Positions 1 to 10,590 of a DNA stretch of 42,753 nucleotides are shown one piece after another. The notes beneath the pieces are model-generated. The model worked only from the letters and a program-made list of their open reading frames with translations, was not told the DNA's origin and made no database searches. Source of the DNA: a virus. Taxonomy: Duplodnaviria; Heunggongvirae; Uroviricota; Caudoviricetes. Every line of letters starts with the position of its first letter. Position 1 is the first letter of the stretch. The stretch lies in the IMG/VR virus record IMGVR_UViG_2663763477_000009. One strand, given 5' to 3'. The translations under genes were made by a program, and so were the position numbers.

Positions 1-90
1 GATGGCATCGATCACACTCAGCAGCTGCGTGGACTTCAGGTTGTCCTTCGCTTCGCGCGGGGTATGCCCCTTACTGCTGCCTTTACCCAT
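1..90 (-). CDS. J: Tail tip / host-specificity protein (lambda gpJ-like), first 30 codons only; gene runs off the left edge
   Basis: Reverse complement of 1-90 starts with ATG and reads MGKGSSKGHTPREAKDNLKSTQLLSVIDAI, which I recognise as the N-terminus of lambda-type J proteins; lies downstream of I in the tail operon. Confidence 0.7.
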   Translation of the reverse strand, partial: MGKGSSKGHTPREAKDNLKSTQLLSVIDAI

Positions 91-105
91 TCCTCACGCT
101 CCATA

Positions 106-133
106 AACGACAAAACCGCCCGCAGGCGGTTTC
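106..133 (-). terminator. Stem-loop between I and J (possible attenuator or weak intrinsic terminator)
   Basis: 8-bp stem (aaccgcc/ggcggtt plus one A-T pair) with 4-nt loop; on the minus strand it is followed by UUUUGUCGUUUAU. Confidence 0.3.
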
Positions 134-150
134 TCATAAAACATTTTGCA

Positions 151-798
151 TCAGCGACCAATCACCACAACCTGACCACCGTCCCCTTCGTCTGCCGTGC
201 TGATCTCCTGAGAAACCACACGTGACCCCACGCGCATTTCCCCGTACAGAACAGGCAGAACATTACCCTGGGCAACCATGTTATCCAGTGACGAGAAATA
301 CGTGTTCTGTTTGCCGTTATCTGTACTGGCTGCCGTGGGCGTCCTGGCTTTCGGTGCCAGCATCTGCGCCACACCACCCAGGATCATACTGGCCCCTGCT
401 GCATACATACCCGATACAGCCGCGGCCCCCAGCCAGCCCACAGGGTTCCACCATGCCACCGCAATCAGCGCCGCACCCAGCACCGCCTGAAACACACCGC
501 CACTTTTGGCACCCGCCAGACGCGGAACGATGTGGATCACGGCACCATTTGCCAGCGGTTCATTAAGACGGGCAGATAATTCATTTTCGCCTGCATCACG
601 CCCGGCAATGCGCACCTGATACCAGCCGTCGCTCAGTTTCTGACGAAATGCCGGGAGCTGTGTGGCCAGTGCCCGGATGGCTTCGGCCCCCGTTTTCACA
701 CGAAGGTCGATGCGGCGGCCAAATCGTTGCAAATCCCCGTAAAGGCAGATGCGTGCCATGCCCGGTGACGCCAGAGGGAGTGTGTGCGTCGCTGCCAT
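151..798 (-). CDS. I: Tail assembly protein (lambda gpI-like)
   Basis: 215-aa ORF, Gly/Ala-rich hydrophobic C-terminal half; follows K in conserved lambda tail order. The true start may be an internal Met because the 5' end overlaps K. Confidence 0.75.
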   Translation of the reverse strand: MAATHTLPLASPGMARICLYGDLQRFGRRIDLRVKTGAEAIRALATQLPAFRQKLSDGWYQVRIAGRDAGENELSARLNEPLANGAVIHIVPRLAGAKSGGVFQAVLGAALIAVAWWNPVGWLGAAAVSGMYAAGASMILGGVAQMLAPKARTPTAASTDNGKQNTYFSSLDNMVAQGNVLPVLYGEMRVGSRVVSQEISTADEGDGGQVVVIGR

Positions 799-1439
799 TT
801 GTCGGTGTACCTCTCTCGTTTACTCAGTTGTTCAGGAATATGGTGCAGCAGCTCGCCGTCACCACAGTAAATGGCGGCATGATTCGGCACCGATGAACCA
901 AAACAGCACAGCAGCACATCGCCCGGCTGCGCCGCTGACAACGGCACCTGATACAGCCCTGTGGCCTCCAGATTATCCAGATAGAGATTCTGACCATTAC
1001 GCCACCAGTCGTCCTCACGATGAAAATCTGGCATCTCAATTCCCGCCAGATGGTAAGCGTCCCGGAACAGCGTGTAACAGTCCGTCACCCCGTGCTCAAA
1101 GCGCCGCCCGGTGAGATGCGGCACACAGCGGAACTTGTGAATCGCCCCGCGGCAGACCAGCCACCACGACAAATCACTCTGCACCTGCAGCCGCCGGTCG
1201 GCCTCACTCAGCCAGGGCAGACCACCGGGGTGGCTGTGGACCAGTGCCACAATCTCACCCTGCATCTCTGCCTGCAGCCAGTCCTCCGGAGCCATCCGGA
1301 AATACTCCTCCGGCTCACCGGAAATATTCACGCAGGGAAAATATCTTTCCCCCTCCGGTGTTCTCACCACGAAGCCGCACGACTCCGCTGGCGCACATCG
1401 CCGGGCGTGCGCCAGAATCGCTGATTCTGTCTCTGTCAT
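696..1439 (-). CDS. K: Tail assembly protein K (JAMM/MPN plus NlpC/P60-type domains, lambda gpK-like)
   Basis: HSHPGG JAMM-type metal-binding motif, Cys-containing hydrolase region, conserved position between L and I. Confidence 0.85.
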   Translation of the reverse strand: MTETESAILAHARRCAPAESCGFVVRTPEGERYFPCVNISGEPEEYFRMAPEDWLQAEMQGEIVALVHSHPGGLPWLSEADRRLQVQSDLSWWLVCRGAIHKFRCVPHLTGRRFEHGVTDCYTLFRDAYHLAGIEMPDFHREDDWWRNGQNLYLDNLEATGLYQVPLSAAQPGDVLLCCFGSSVPNHAAIYCGDGELLHHIPEQLSKRERYTDKWQRRTHSLWRHRAWHASAFTGICNDLAAASTFV

Positions 1440-1444
1440 GGGAT

Positions 1445-2143
1445 TTACTGCGAAAGTTTGTTAATGGAAAGGAAGCCGCCAAAGTTGCCGACGTTATTGC
1501 GAAACTTACAGCCACTCAGGCATTTGCTGCATTTATCCTTCGTGATGTCGGACGTTGGCTGGTCATATTCATCCGCGACAGCCGGACCGTGATAACCGCA
1601 CTCATCACCGCGATAGGTCCAGGTGCAGGTATTAGCAAGCATGATGCGCCCCGGAAAAACAGCGCCGTCCGTTTCCGTCGGCGTGGACAGTACAAAGGAG
1701 GCACTGACCGCGCTCAGTTCGCTGCACTGCTCAATACGCCAGCGGCTGATCACCTCCTGCTCCGGATCGGCGTCACTGTTTCCGTTGACGAAGTTCACCG
1801 CATCCAGAAAACGGGCGTAAACCTTACGCCTGACCACCGTTCCGCCGACCAGACTCTGCAGGTCTTCCGCCATCCCGGTGACCATGCCGTGCAGATTAGA
1901 GACTTTCAGCGTTGGCCTTGCACTGGCACCTTTGCCGTTCATCTCAAATCCACTCCCCTGAATGGGATAGGCCTGATACTGCCGACTCTGCCAGGTGACA
2001 GACTCTCCTTTCTCGTTCTGCTCATTGCAGAAAAAGTAGCGATCCCCGCCTACCTCGGTCAGGTCGATTTCCCAGAGCACCACGCTGGCCGACTGCTCCG
2101 CACGAATGCATTCATTCAGCGTTTCCTGTTGTATGTCCTGCAT
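1445..2143 (-). CDS. L: Minor tail protein L (lambda gpL-like)
   Basis: 232 aa, same length as lambda L; Cys cluster near the C-terminus; order M-L-K-I. Confidence 0.85.
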   Translation of the reverse strand: MQDIQQETLNECIRAEQSASVVLWEIDLTEVGGDRYFFCNEQNEKGESVTWQSRQYQAYPIQGSGFEMNGKGASARPTLKVSNLHGMVTGMAEDLQSLVGGTVVRRKVYARFLDAVNFVNGNSDADPEQEVISRWRIEQCSELSAVSASFVLSTPTETDGAVFPGRIMLANTCTWTYRGDECGYHGPAVADEYDQPTSDITKDKCSKCLSGCKFRNNVGNFGGFLSINKLSQ

Positions 2144-2481
2144 CAGATCACCACTTCGTCAAACTGACACGAAAAATCGGTATAGGTGATATGTTCTGTC
2201 GCTGACCACGTTCGACACACCACTCTGATTTTTCTGTTAATACCCGGCGGGCGCCAAAAAAAAGATTTATAGCCTTCATGCCGGGCTAAAAATTTTTCAA
2301 ATGAATCACGTTCATTCGCCTCAACTTTGAAATCACAGGTGAAAACGCGCAGAGAATGATTAAGTCCATTTGGACTTCGTTGCTCATAACCATCACCAAA
2401 TCTTACAGTTTTTATCGATGGTTTATTTTCTGTTTTCATTCCATCCTCTGGTAACCAGTGAAATTCTTCCGTATTAGCCAC
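2143..2481 (-). CDS. M: Minor tail protein M (lambda gpM-like)
   Basis: 112 aa containing a VRFGDGY motif that matches lambda M; lies immediately downstream of the tape measure gene. Confidence 0.85.
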   Translation of the reverse strand: MANTEEFHWLPEDGMKTENKPSIKTVRFGDGYEQRSPNGLNHSLRVFTCDFKVEANERDSFEKFLARHEGYKSFFWRPPGINRKIRVVCRTWSATEHITYTDFSCQFDEVVI

Positions 2482-5400
2482 TTAACATTCCCCCATCACG
2501 TCGCATATTTAACAGATTGCCCTGCACCCGCTGATCAACCATCCCCATAAGTGCTTTTATTGCCTGAGGGCCAATCTCTCCATTCTGGCCGTCATTTTGA
2601 ATAGTGATTTGGTATACAGGGGCATAGGTAATATCTCCGCCTCCATTACCACTTTTACTATTAATAGCTCTGACACCAAGAGAACCATCGGAAGTTCGTG
2701 TTAATGGCATAATGGCTTCCGGTCCAGCCTCACCAAAAACACCAGCCCCTTTTGCAAAAGCAAAAAATTGCGGGGAATCATAAATACCGTTCGAATACGT
2801 GCTCAATGACGGAGACTCATAAACACCGCCCTTTGCATTCGGAATAAATTTACTAATAGCACTCCCGATAGTTCCTAAAATCCCCCCAGAAGAACTGTTA
2901 CTAATGCTGTCGAAAATCCCAGTAATTGAAGCCTTTAATGCTATTCGACTAAGATCCGAAATCACGGAAGTAGCGAAAGAACGAAAATTTGCCTTGCCTG
3001 TCGTGACAAAATCACCCAGCGCATCGGTCATCCCATCAAACATCTGAGTCGTGGTTGATTTTATCTGCTCACTGATATCCTTAGTGTCATCCAGCCAGTT
3101 ATTGAATCCCTGGGAGGCACCACTAACCCAGTCTCCTGCCTGAATATCGAGCTGCTCGTTTTTCTGTCTGACAATTTCTTTTTCCCGTTCCAGAGCATCA
3201 TTCAGAGCCTGCATTTTCTCTTGAAAAACATGATCTGACATTCCACGGGATTTATCTGCATAGTCACGTTCAAGTTGCAGACGCTGATTGTTATATCCAT
3301 GTTCAATCCGCAGTAATTCCTGCTGGCGTTGCTGATTTTTATCGCCAACCCCATAACCAGCAATCTGAATATCATACCCCTGCTGACGATTATCAATCGA
3401 AGCCTGCAATGAATCACGCCATGCTGTTATTTCGGCGGATTCCTTGATTAGCCTGTTATTTTTTTCAATCGCAACATTTTTCTCCATCAACGTGGTTATT
3501 TCTTCCCGGTGTAAGAGAAGCGATTTCTGATCCTGGGTTAATTTCGATGATGGTCGTGACTCTAGGTCGGCAATCCGCTGACGCCACTTAACCAGTTCCT
3601 GTTCAGAGGAACTTAATTTAACGGTCAACTCAGCTTGTGAACTTAGTAACGCATTCTGTTGATTCAGATGATCAATCATTCGTTGGGCTGCATCATCAGA
3701 ATAACCTTTCGCCTTTGGTTGCTTTGGATCTTTATAACGCTCATTTATTTGAGCGATAAGATTATTATATTCTTCCTTTGAATACTGATTCTTTAGCTTT
3801 TCCAGTTTTGCAAGTTCACTAGCTCTCTGCTGCTCCCGGGTCTGATATTGTTTTGAAAAGGCATCTGCTCTCTGTCTGAGTTCAATTCCTTCCTGTTGTC
3901 GCTTGTTGTAATCGTTTATTGATGAATTTAGTACGTCCTGAGCAATTTTTTCTGCTTGAAGTACGCCCAATTGCTGCTTTAATCGTGCCAGCCTTTTATT
4001 TTGAGCTCCGCCATCTCCAATGCCACCTAACCCGAAAACTCCGGGTCGGGTATTTTTTTCTATTTCATCAATTTGACGGAGAACATCTGAGATTTTTTGA
4101 TCAAGGGAGGCCTCACGGCCAATATCCAGCATGGAATCCCATGCCCATTTTGCGGAGTCTGCGACAGCTTTCCATGCAGTCTCAAGATAACCAAGATTTT
4201 CTTTAATCTGGTTGGTGCGCTGGATCATTGAGGATGAGTATTCTTCTGTCGCAATGCGGGCGGCCTCCTGCTGGTTCCCTTCATCCTGTAGCGCCTTAAT
4301 CTGGTTATAAGTCGCAAGTGTCAGAAAATGGTACTGATCATTAAGTTTTGATATGGCACTGACAGGATCCTTTGCAATTTCATTGAAGTCATTAACCAGT
4401 TGTTCGGTTGATATTCCTGTTACTTCGCTCGTTTTTACTATCGCTGTCGTCACTTGCTCCAGCGAACTGCTCGCTACCTTTCCCGAACGCACAAGCTGAT
4501 TTAATACTGCCGCCGCAGCACCAGTTGTCGAATCAGCCGCATTCCCGGCACGTTGAGCTATATCGCCCAATTGCCCGCTGGTTGTCCCCAACTGATTTCC
4601 GGTAAGAATAAGAGATTTATTAAATTCGTCCTGCTCCTGAGAGCCTTTATAGTAAGCCAGTCCTAAGACCCCAACGGCTGCTGCGGCCAGGGTAAAAGGA
4701 TTAATTAATCCCAGCACATAAGAACCTACACCTTTGATCGCCGGGCCAATCCCACCGAACATATCTTTTAGCTGGCCGCCCTGCTGCATTAACACCATAA
4801 ATGGCGACTGACCAGTGGACAACCCAACAACAATATCCGTCATTTGTACAGGCAACATGCGCATAGCAAAAGCCGTTTGTTTTGCCGACATTCCGGTTTT
4901 GCTTAATTGTGATTGAGTAACCTCAAGCTCACTCCGCATAGCACGAAGTTTTCCAGAAAGCTCCTCATACATTTCAGGAGAAAGCATCCCCTTAGCTTTT
5001 GCTTCATTGAGCTGTTTCTGTTGTTCTACCAGACGATTAAAAGCAGTTCCGACAGGATCAAGTTGAGCAATCAGACGTTGCAAAGCAACAACCTGTTCAT
5101 CATGCGCTTTTGCTGCTTCTCGCTCTGCCTGAGCCTCTCCGGTAAGCTCTCGCCGTGTTTCCTGTATTTTTCGGCTATAATTCTCAAACTGAGAACCATT
5201 TATTTTCCCGGATGCAAACGCAGCATTAAGTTCATCATGCTGTTGTTCAAGATTTCTTAGCGCCGCAGCCAGAGGGTCGATCTTGTCCAGCATTCTTTGA
5301 AAGGCCTGAGCCTGCGCTTCCTGCTGGGCGGCAGCAAGTTTTCCGGCCTTCTCGGCTTCTCTCTGCGCTTGCGCAACCCCGCTCAATTCCTCTGTGGTTT

Positions 5401-5707
5401 CATTAAGTTTACGGACAAGAAATTCATATTCTTCTTTATCAATAAGCCCTTTATCGAAAAATTTCTTTAATTCAGAATAGCGTCGACCGACAGTATCAAT
5501 TGCGGCACCAACTGGATCAATAGCTGCTTTTAATTTTGCGAGCGCGTTCTTCTCATCTTCTGTTGCCTTAGTCACTTTCCCTGCGCTATTTGCAGCAGTT
5601 TCCCCAGCCTGCGTCATTTTGACTAATGAGGAGGTCAGATTGTCAGCATTATTTTTCGCTCCAGTGCTATCAATAATTATTGCGAGACGCGAGGTTTGCT
5701 CTGCCAT
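2474..5707 (-). CDS. H: Tail length tape measure protein
   Basis: 1077 aa, long Ala/Gln/Glu-rich coiled-coil N-terminal region and Gly-rich hydrophobic segments, located between the G/T chaperone and M; AGGAG RBS upstream of the ATG. Confidence 0.9.
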   Translation of the reverse strand: MAEQTSRLAIIIDSTGAKNNADNLTSSLVKMTQAGETAANSAGKVTKATEDEKNALAKLKAAIDPVGAAIDTVGRRYSELKKFFDKGLIDKEEYEFLVRKLNETTEELSGVAQAQREAEKAGKLAAAQQEAQAQAFQRMLDKIDPLAAALRNLEQQHDELNAAFASGKINGSQFENYSRKIQETRRELTGEAQAEREAAKAHDEQVVALQRLIAQLDPVGTAFNRLVEQQKQLNEAKAKGMLSPEMYEELSGKLRAMRSELEVTQSQLSKTGMSAKQTAFAMRMLPVQMTDIVVGLSTGQSPFMVLMQQGGQLKDMFGGIGPAIKGVGSYVLGLINPFTLAAAAVGVLGLAYYKGSQEQDEFNKSLILTGNQLGTTSGQLGDIAQRAGNAADSTTGAAAAVLNQLVRSGKVASSSLEQVTTAIVKTSEVTGISTEQLVNDFNEIAKDPVSAISKLNDQYHFLTLATYNQIKALQDEGNQQEAARIATEEYSSSMIQRTNQIKENLGYLETAWKAVADSAKWAWDSMLDIGREASLDQKISDVLRQIDEIEKNTRPGVFGLGGIGDGGAQNKRLARLKQQLGVLQAEKIAQDVLNSSINDYNKRQQEGIELRQRADAFSKQYQTREQQRASELAKLEKLKNQYSKEEYNNLIAQINERYKDPKQPKAKGYSDDAAQRMIDHLNQQNALLSSQAELTVKLSSSEQELVKWRQRIADLESRPSSKLTQDQKSLLLHREEITTLMEKNVAIEKNNRLIKESAEITAWRDSLQASIDNRQQGYDIQIAGYGVGDKNQQRQQELLRIEHGYNNQRLQLERDYADKSRGMSDHVFQEKMQALNDALEREKEIVRQKNEQLDIQAGDWVSGASQGFNNWLDDTKDISEQIKSTTTQMFDGMTDALGDFVTTGKANFRSFATSVISDLSRIALKASITGIFDSISNSSSGGILGTIGSAISKFIPNAKGGVYESPSLSTYSNGIYDSPQFFAFAKGAGVFGEAGPEAIMPLTRTSDGSLGVRAINSKSGNGGGDITYAPVYQITIQNDGQNGEIGPQAIKALMGMVDQRVQGNLLNMRRDGGMLSG

Positions 5708-5724
5708 TTATTAAAACTCCTGAC

Positions 5725-5752
5725 AACAAAAAACCCACCGCGAAGTGGGTTT
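5725..5752 (-). terminator. Stem-loop between the chaperone genes and the tape measure gene
   Basis: 8-bp stem aaacccac/gtgggttt with a 6-nt loop; on the minus strand it is followed by UUUUGUUGUC running into the AGGAG RBS of the tape measure gene. Confidence 0.35.
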
Positions 5753-5872
5753 CAGGCGACATAATAGTAGATATAGCGATTACGAGGCCACGCAATGCTT
5801 TTCTCCAGGAGCATCATCGATTTAATTAAAGACACCATCACATCTCTGTAACAGAGTGTACGTAATTAACAA

Positions 5873-6106
5873 CTACACACACTGCTCCTGAAAATACTGG
5901 TCATCCAGTGCAAAGATCACTGCTTCAAATTCATCGCGCTCAATCAATACCGGATGAGTGGCTAAATATTCATTTATCTCTGTCAGAGATAAAGGCAAAG
6001 GCACCCCAGCCATTCCAGCATAACGTCGGGCACGGGATATTACCGAATAGGCGTACAACAACTCCTTAAGCACCGGGTCTATTTCTGGTTCCGGTATCGG
6101 TGGCAA
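5873..6106 (-). CDS. T: T-like C-terminal segment of the tail assembly chaperone, expected to be made as a G-T fusion by -1 programmed frameshift
   Basis: ORF in the -1 frame relative to G, lying between G and the tape measure gene as in lambda G/G-T; the track start is a TTG and the frame stays open upstream to within about 30 nt of the G stop. Confidence 0.5.
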   Translation of the reverse strand: MPPIPEPEIDPVLKELLYAYSVISRARRYAGMAGVPLPLSLTEINEYLATHPVLIERDEFEAVIFALDDQYFQEQCV

Positions 6107-6189
6107 CCTGAGTTTTTCTCGCTTCCATCTTGCCTTTTCCCCCCTTTCTCCCCCGAACTCCGATAACCACCGCTGGGCAGCTATGGCTT

Positions 6190-6642
6190 TTATATCGTAT
6201 CCTGCTTCTGCTGCTCTTTACCCTGGGCGATGCTGGCTGCTTCTGCAAGGATCTGCCAGTACAACTCTGGATTCTGCTTAAGCAGCGCGATCCCTCGTTC
6301 TGCCGTATATTCCAGTGCAACCTCAACACCATTAACCAGTTCACCAACCCCTTTCCAGTCTTTCAGCAGATAACGAGCGGCATTATCAATGAGTAAATCA
6401 TCAACAGAATCCACCTCGGAAACCTTTGAAATATCAAACTCCTTCGTTCCGACGTGCAAACTGGCATCCATTTTCTCAATGTGGCGACGGATTAATGCAT
6501 TACGGGAGCGATACTGATCGTTATCGCTGCTTGCCACCAACAGTTTTAACCCGTCTACAGGTTTTAAGTCCTTCATTGGCGTAAACCAGCGTTCTCCACC
6601 AATGATAATTTTCTGATTAAGAATAAACATCCATAACCTCAT
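6190..6642 (-). CDS. G: Tail assembly chaperone (lambda gpG-like)
   Basis: 150-aa acidic protein directly downstream of the major tail gene and upstream of the T frame. Confidence 0.75.
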   Translation of the reverse strand: MRLWMFILNQKIIIGGERWFTPMKDLKPVDGLKLLVASSDNDQYRSRNALIRRHIEKMDASLHVGTKEFDISKVSEVDSVDDLLIDNAARYLLKDWKGVGELVNGVEVALEYTAERGIALLKQNPELYWQILAEAASIAQGKEQQKQDTI

Positions 6643-6690
6643 TCAATGCGTCCCCCTGTAGGGCAGTACCACAGGAGGAATAACGGAAAA

Positions 6691-7653
6691 TCAACTAATC
6701 GCCTCAGCACTGGCTTTTGCGATCACGGCAGCCGGGGAATTTTTTTTTCTGGTTATCGTAGGTGCTTCATCTGCTGCGGTAATGCTCAATTGAACCTGGA
6801 TAATGTCGCTATTACCCCCATCAGGCCATTCACCTGACACCTGAACCTTCGGGAAACTGAAAGTGTATGCCCCCTCTCCATTCGAAAGCGTGAAGCTGAA
6901 CGGAACTGTTTCTCCAGTCAGTGTTTTACTCCAGATTTCCCACGCGGCTTTAGACCATGAAAGCGTCACCGTACCGGACGGTGTAAAAGTAGTCGGAATA
7001 TTTGCTCCTGCATAAGGCGAGCCAGTCCCGATACAACGCTGTGTCTGGAGTTTGTTATCGAACTGAATATCAAAACTGTCGATACAAAAACCGTTACCTC
7101 CGGCAACACCATTCAGGCTTACTGCTGAAACCTCCTTAAACGAATAACGTAGCTTTCCTGCACTATCCACAGGTTCGCCTTTGATAAAATTCGTATCATC
7201 GGCCTTTGATTCCCAGTCCAGTCCGGCAAAGGTTACGGTCGCTGTAATATCGCCGTCGTTAGGGATCTGCATTTTCCATGAGCCAACCTGCGCTCCTCTG
7301 ACGACAGAGGCAATTCCGACATCGGACGCATAGGTCGCCAGAGAAAATGTTATTCGCTCATTCCCCATTGTCAGAGAATCGCCTGACCATTCCGCGCCGA
7401 AACAGGATGCAAGAAAATCATCATGTTGACCCCAGCGAAATTTGGTACCAACATCACCGCCGACATCCACAGTGCCAGGCGTCGCCCCCTGAGCCATCCG
7501 GGAGCCACCAATCTCATTATTTTCGCCTTTATTCTGGGTGGGTTTTACTCCCCAGCTTGTGCGTTTTAATAAACTCCAGTCACCACTTGCTGGCGTAGTG
7601 CCTGCAACCGTCTCCCGGATAAATGCCGAGATAACCTTTGCACCTGAACTCAC
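6691..7653 (-). CDS. V: Major tail protein (gpV-like), apparently with a C-terminal Ig-like extension
   Basis: 320 aa with a Thr/Ser/Gly-rich beta-type composition; GTG start preceded by AGGAGG; position upstream of G/T. Confidence 0.75.
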   Translation of the reverse strand: MSSGAKVISAFIRETVAGTTPASGDWSLLKRTSWGVKPTQNKGENNEIGGSRMAQGATPGTVDVGGDVGTKFRWGQHDDFLASCFGAEWSGDSLTMGNERITFSLATYASDVGIASVVRGAQVGSWKMQIPNDGDITATVTFAGLDWESKADDTNFIKGEPVDSAGKLRYSFKEVSAVSLNGVAGGNGFCIDSFDIQFDNKLQTQRCIGTGSPYAGANIPTTFTPSGTVTLSWSKAAWEIWSKTLTGETVPFSFTLSNGEGAYTFSFPKVQVSGEWPDGGNSDIIQVQLSITAADEAPTITRKKNSPAAVIAKASAEAIS

Positions 7654-7679
7654 AGGAGCCTCCTATGTCATTAATTGCG

Positions 7680-8072
7680 CTAGAGCGCGCGATATGGAAT
7701 TTGAAGATTAAGCTGGAACCAGCCATTCTTTTCGCCAACGGCTATTGAGGAAACAGCCTGGTAACTGAGACGATCGTCATCCTGAAACTCAAACAGTTCC
7801 CGCAATTTATCGGCTGTCTCAGTAATGAGTTTTGAACCAGAACCTGCGGGGACAAATAACTGAATAATGATTATCCCCGTGCGATAAACAACCGGCCCCG
7901 CGCCAATTTCATTAACTCCAGCCTGCCCGGGAATATTACTTAACCGCGCCCAGATTAACTTACCGGAAGGATCGAACGTTGGCCCGTTCGGATACAATAC
8001 GTCTTTTCCATCAATAATCGTCTGTGCCGTCATTCTGGAAATAACCGTATTTCTGATTTCAGTAAACTTCAT
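7680..8072 (-). CDS. Tail terminator / tail-tube-proximal neck protein (putative)
   Basis: 130-aa ORF immediately upstream of the major tail gene; assigned by position in an HK97/lambda-like neck module. Confidence 0.45.
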   Translation of the reverse strand: MKFTEIRNTVISRMTAQTIIDGKDVLYPNGPTFDPSGKLIWARLSNIPGQAGVNEIGAGPVVYRTGIIIIQLFVPAGSGSKLITETADKLRELFEFQDDDRLSYQAVSSIAVGEKNGWFQLNLQIPYRAL

Positions 8073-8449
8073 TTGTAAGCCTGTAAAACACCATGAAAAG
8101 CGTTGGCATACACGCCAGTTGGCGCTTGTTGTGAATGACCGTTTTCAAGAGCCTCTGCATAAGGAAGGTTATTCTGGATATAAATAACCCCGTAATTTGC
8201 AGCTTTCGAAATAACCCCGATCCCACGCTGAACAGCAATCGTACCGTTCGGATCCACGTTATCAGATATACCAAAATCGGGATGCTGTAACGACACCAGG
8301 TTGTTATTTCTGAAACGTCCGGTATCAACCGGAGCAGCAATATCAATAGCAGTAAGAATCTGCATAGCGATGTAGCGAATCTTCAGCCCTACATCTTCCT
8401 CAATCATCCCGGCAAATATTGACGGTTCTATATCCCATGCCTTTGCCAT
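8069..8449 (-). CDS. HK97 gp10-like tail completion / neck protein (putative)
   Basis: 126 aa, overlapping stop/start with neighbours; assigned by position. Confidence 0.45.
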   Translation of the reverse strand: MAKAWDIEPSIFAGMIEEDVGLKIRYIAMQILTAIDIAAPVDTGRFRNNNLVSLQHPDFGISDNVDPNGTIAVQRGIGVISKAANYGVIYIQNNLPYAEALENGHSQQAPTGVYANAFHGVLQAYK

Positions 8450-8833
8450 TTACGCTCTCCTTAACTGGATAGAGTAAACTGATGCGGAAGGATCTACACT
8501 TGCTGTAATTACCTCGTATCGTTGTAACTGCCTTGATACAGGATCATAAATCTCAATAATATGGTCGACAGCTGGTTTATCCGTAACCTCGCATACCAGA
8601 GCGGTTAATTTAAGGTCACCATGCAAAATATTAATCCCATCAATTCTGCCCAGCTTATAACGTGTCAACACGCCTCGCCCGGTATAGATTGCGGTGGATT
8701 CGCCGCCAGTTTCCGTCACAGGATCCCAGTGCCGGTGCGTAACGTAAGAACCAGAAAAATCACTCACGGCGTCCGCTAAATCCTCATCAAAAGCAGCGGC
8801 AACCTCTGACTGAATCTCTTCACGAAGCCCCAT
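8450..8833 (-). CDS. Head-tail adaptor / head closure protein (putative)
   Basis: 127 aa, translationally coupled to neighbours; assigned by position. Confidence 0.45.
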   Translation of the reverse strand: MGLREEIQSEVAAAFDEDLADAVSDFSGSYVTHRHWDPVTETGGESTAIYTGRGVLTRYKLGRIDGINILHGDLKLTALVCEVTDKPAVDHIIEIYDPVSRQLQRYEVITASVDPSASVYSIQLRRA

Positions 8834-9228
8834 TATCCCCCCCTCACAACCCTGACTTGTGAGCGACTAAGTCCGTACGGTTTCAGCAGTGCTATCGCAA
8901 GCTGTAAATCGGGTTCAAGCAATGCAGTGCTGTTTGCTGGCAACTCAGAAAATGATTTCGATACACTGACCCCGTCAGCCGACACGGCTTTACTGATAAC
9001 AACGCCAGAATCATTTTTCTGCTGAAACAACTTACCGAATGAGGCAATTCTGGCTGCATATGCTCCCGCAAGTTTTACCTCTTCCGGAATACGGGATGGG
9101 TTAATTTTCAGGTTGAAGCCATTAAGCCAGGCATTAGCCATTAAAACAGCTTTATTTTTAGCGTTCTCACTCGTCCAGGCGTTCCCAAACGCATTATCAA
9201 CGTCATCACAGGTCACGTAAGTGATCAT
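8833..9228 (-). CDS. Head-tail connector protein (gp6-like, putative)
   Basis: 131 aa, AGGAG RBS, first gene of the neck module after the capsid gene. Confidence 0.45.
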   Translation of the reverse strand: MITYVTCDDVDNAFGNAWTSENAKNKAVLMANAWLNGFNLKINPSRIPEEVKLAGAYAARIASFGKLFQQKNDSGVVISKAVSADGVSVSKSFSELPANSTALLEPDLQLAIALLKPYGLSRSQVRVVRGG

Positions 9229-9231
9229 GTG

Positions 9232-9408
9232 TTACTCCTGAGTTTTCCAGCCCATAGCCTTCCAGTTGTCAACTTCATCAGGATGAACATTAGCGATAGT
9301 TGGTGCGCCGGGAAACATCTGATAATCGGTCACCATAACCACTAACTCAATTTGCGTTTTTTGTGCGGCTTCACGCTGTGCTCTTTGCTCTTTAGTTAAT
9401 CCGGCCAT
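9232..9408 (-). CDS. Small hypothetical protein (58 aa) between the capsid and connector genes
   Basis: ATG preceded by a G6 run; reads MAGLTKEQRAQREAAQKTQIELVVMVTDYQMFPGAPTIANVHPDEVDNWKAMGWKTQE; below the ORF-track length cutoff. Confidence 0.3.
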   Translation of the reverse strand: MAGLTKEQRAQREAAQKTQIELVVMVTDYQMFPGAPTIANVHPDEVDNWKAMGWKTQE

Positions 9409-9417
9409 ATGCCCCCC

Positions 9418-9440
9418 ATTAAAAATGGGGCCGAAGCCCC
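9418..9440 (-). terminator. Intrinsic terminator just downstream of the major capsid gene
   Basis: On the minus strand GGGGC-UUCG-GCCCC (GC stem with UUCG tetraloop) followed by AUUUUUAA; begins about 10 nt after the capsid stop. Confidence 0.55.
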
Positions 9441-9450
9441 GTTTGAATGT

Positions 9451-10590
9451 TTAACCAAGAATCAGACAACCATGTGCCGGCTTCACTGATGAAACACCCC
9501 ATGCCAGTCCAACTTCATAGCGCACCTGGCGATACTGACGATACAGTGCAATCTGGAACGTAATCCCTGAAATCGGGTCCGTAACATTCATTACATCATC
9601 AGCATTATCGCCACCTTCCGGCATTGCCGGAGTACGGGATGCCAGCAGAAACGCGTTGCGATCAAACGCCATATTTGCAGTAAAGGCCCCAACAACTGTG
9701 ATGGCAGTATCATCGGCCAGATCCTGACGCAGTCCGGGCGCTGCAAGAGTAATCAGATTGCTGGTCGCTGCTGCCACAACATACTGATTCGGATCACCAG
9801 CGAACGTAACAATCTGACCTGCAGAAATACTCCCCGAACCAGTATCAATGGAAATAAGAACATCGCCTTCTTTTTTCTCTCCATTCACGAGATAACCAGT
9901 TGCAGCAACCTTTGGCGCTCGTTTCACACCTGCCGAACTGTGAATATTGAATCCCTCCAGACGCCCCAACACGCCCTCACGCAGTAGCTGTTCAGTGCCG
10001 GATTCATTCACTTTAAACAATACAGACTGTTTTCCGCGCAAATTAGCAATGGCAGTGGAGCCAAGCACCATCTGCAGATCGGTTGTCGGTGCGCCGTTAT
10101 CCTCCAGAACCTGACGAGCCAGAGCAGCATCAGAAAGATCATCTTTAACACCAAACGGCGTTGTCCCTGCGGTTCCCACGGCGCGGGAAGCACCGAAATA
10201 CAACGCACCAAGATCAGCCTCAACCTCGTTTGCAAGGGCGCGAAAAGCCTGCTTGAACTGATCAGCCAGAATGGTGTTGTAAGTCCCTGAAGGGCCAAGA
10301 GCCAGTTGTTCTTCACCATTCCATTTAACCGGTGCCATTTTGGATTTAGTAATTTTTACATCAACAGTGCCAATATTTTGATCACCGGTATTCGGAGCTG
10401 ACGGCCCCGGTACGATATCTTCGGTTTTCGCCTCAGGCGCAACTGGCGCGGTTACCGTCTGATCTTTTGCTGCGGCGTCAGCTTTTGCGTTTTTTGCTAC
10501 CGCAGGGATAAAACCTACCTGCTCACGGGATACAACATCCAGGGCGGTATAAATAGTCGGGATCAACCCGGTCAGGGTATTTCCAGCCAT
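9451..10590 (-). CDS. Major capsid protein
   Basis: About 380 aa from the internal ATG (MAGNTLTG...); large Ala/Gly/Thr-rich protein downstream of the scaffold gene in a portal-F-scaffold-capsid module. The track start at 10683 is probably an upstream alternative start. Confidence 0.8.
   Translation of the reverse strand: MAGNTLTGLIPTIYTALDVVSREQVGFIPAVAKNAKADAAAKDQTVTAPVAPEAKTEDIVPGPSAPNTGDQNIGTVDVKITKSKMAPVKWNGEEQLALGPSGTYNTILADQFKQAFRALANEVEADLGALYFGASRAVGTAGTTPFGVKDDLSDAALARQVLEDNGAPTTDLQMVLGSTAIANLRGKQSVLFKVNESGTEQLLREGVLGRLEGFNIHSSAGVKRAPKVAATGYLVNGEKKEGDVLISIDTGSGSISAGQIVTFAGDPNQYVVAAATSNLITLAAPGLRQDLADDTAITVVGAFTANMAFDRNAFLLASRTPAMPEGGDNADDVMNVTDPISGITFQIALYRQYRQVRYEVGLAWGVSSVKPAHGCLILG

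Noticed and set aside
1244-2167. 307-aa ORF on the plus strand across the K/L region
   Set aside because: It is entirely antisense to the well-supported tail genes K and L, has a Pro/Arg/Ser-rich low-complexity translation typical of a reverse frame of GC-rich coding DNA, and has no RBS context.
4913-5260. 115-aa plus-strand ORF inside the tape measure gene
   Set aside because: Antisense to the tape measure coding sequence; Leu/Phe/Ser-rich composition is a mirror-frame artefact of the Ala/Glu/Gln-rich coiled coil.
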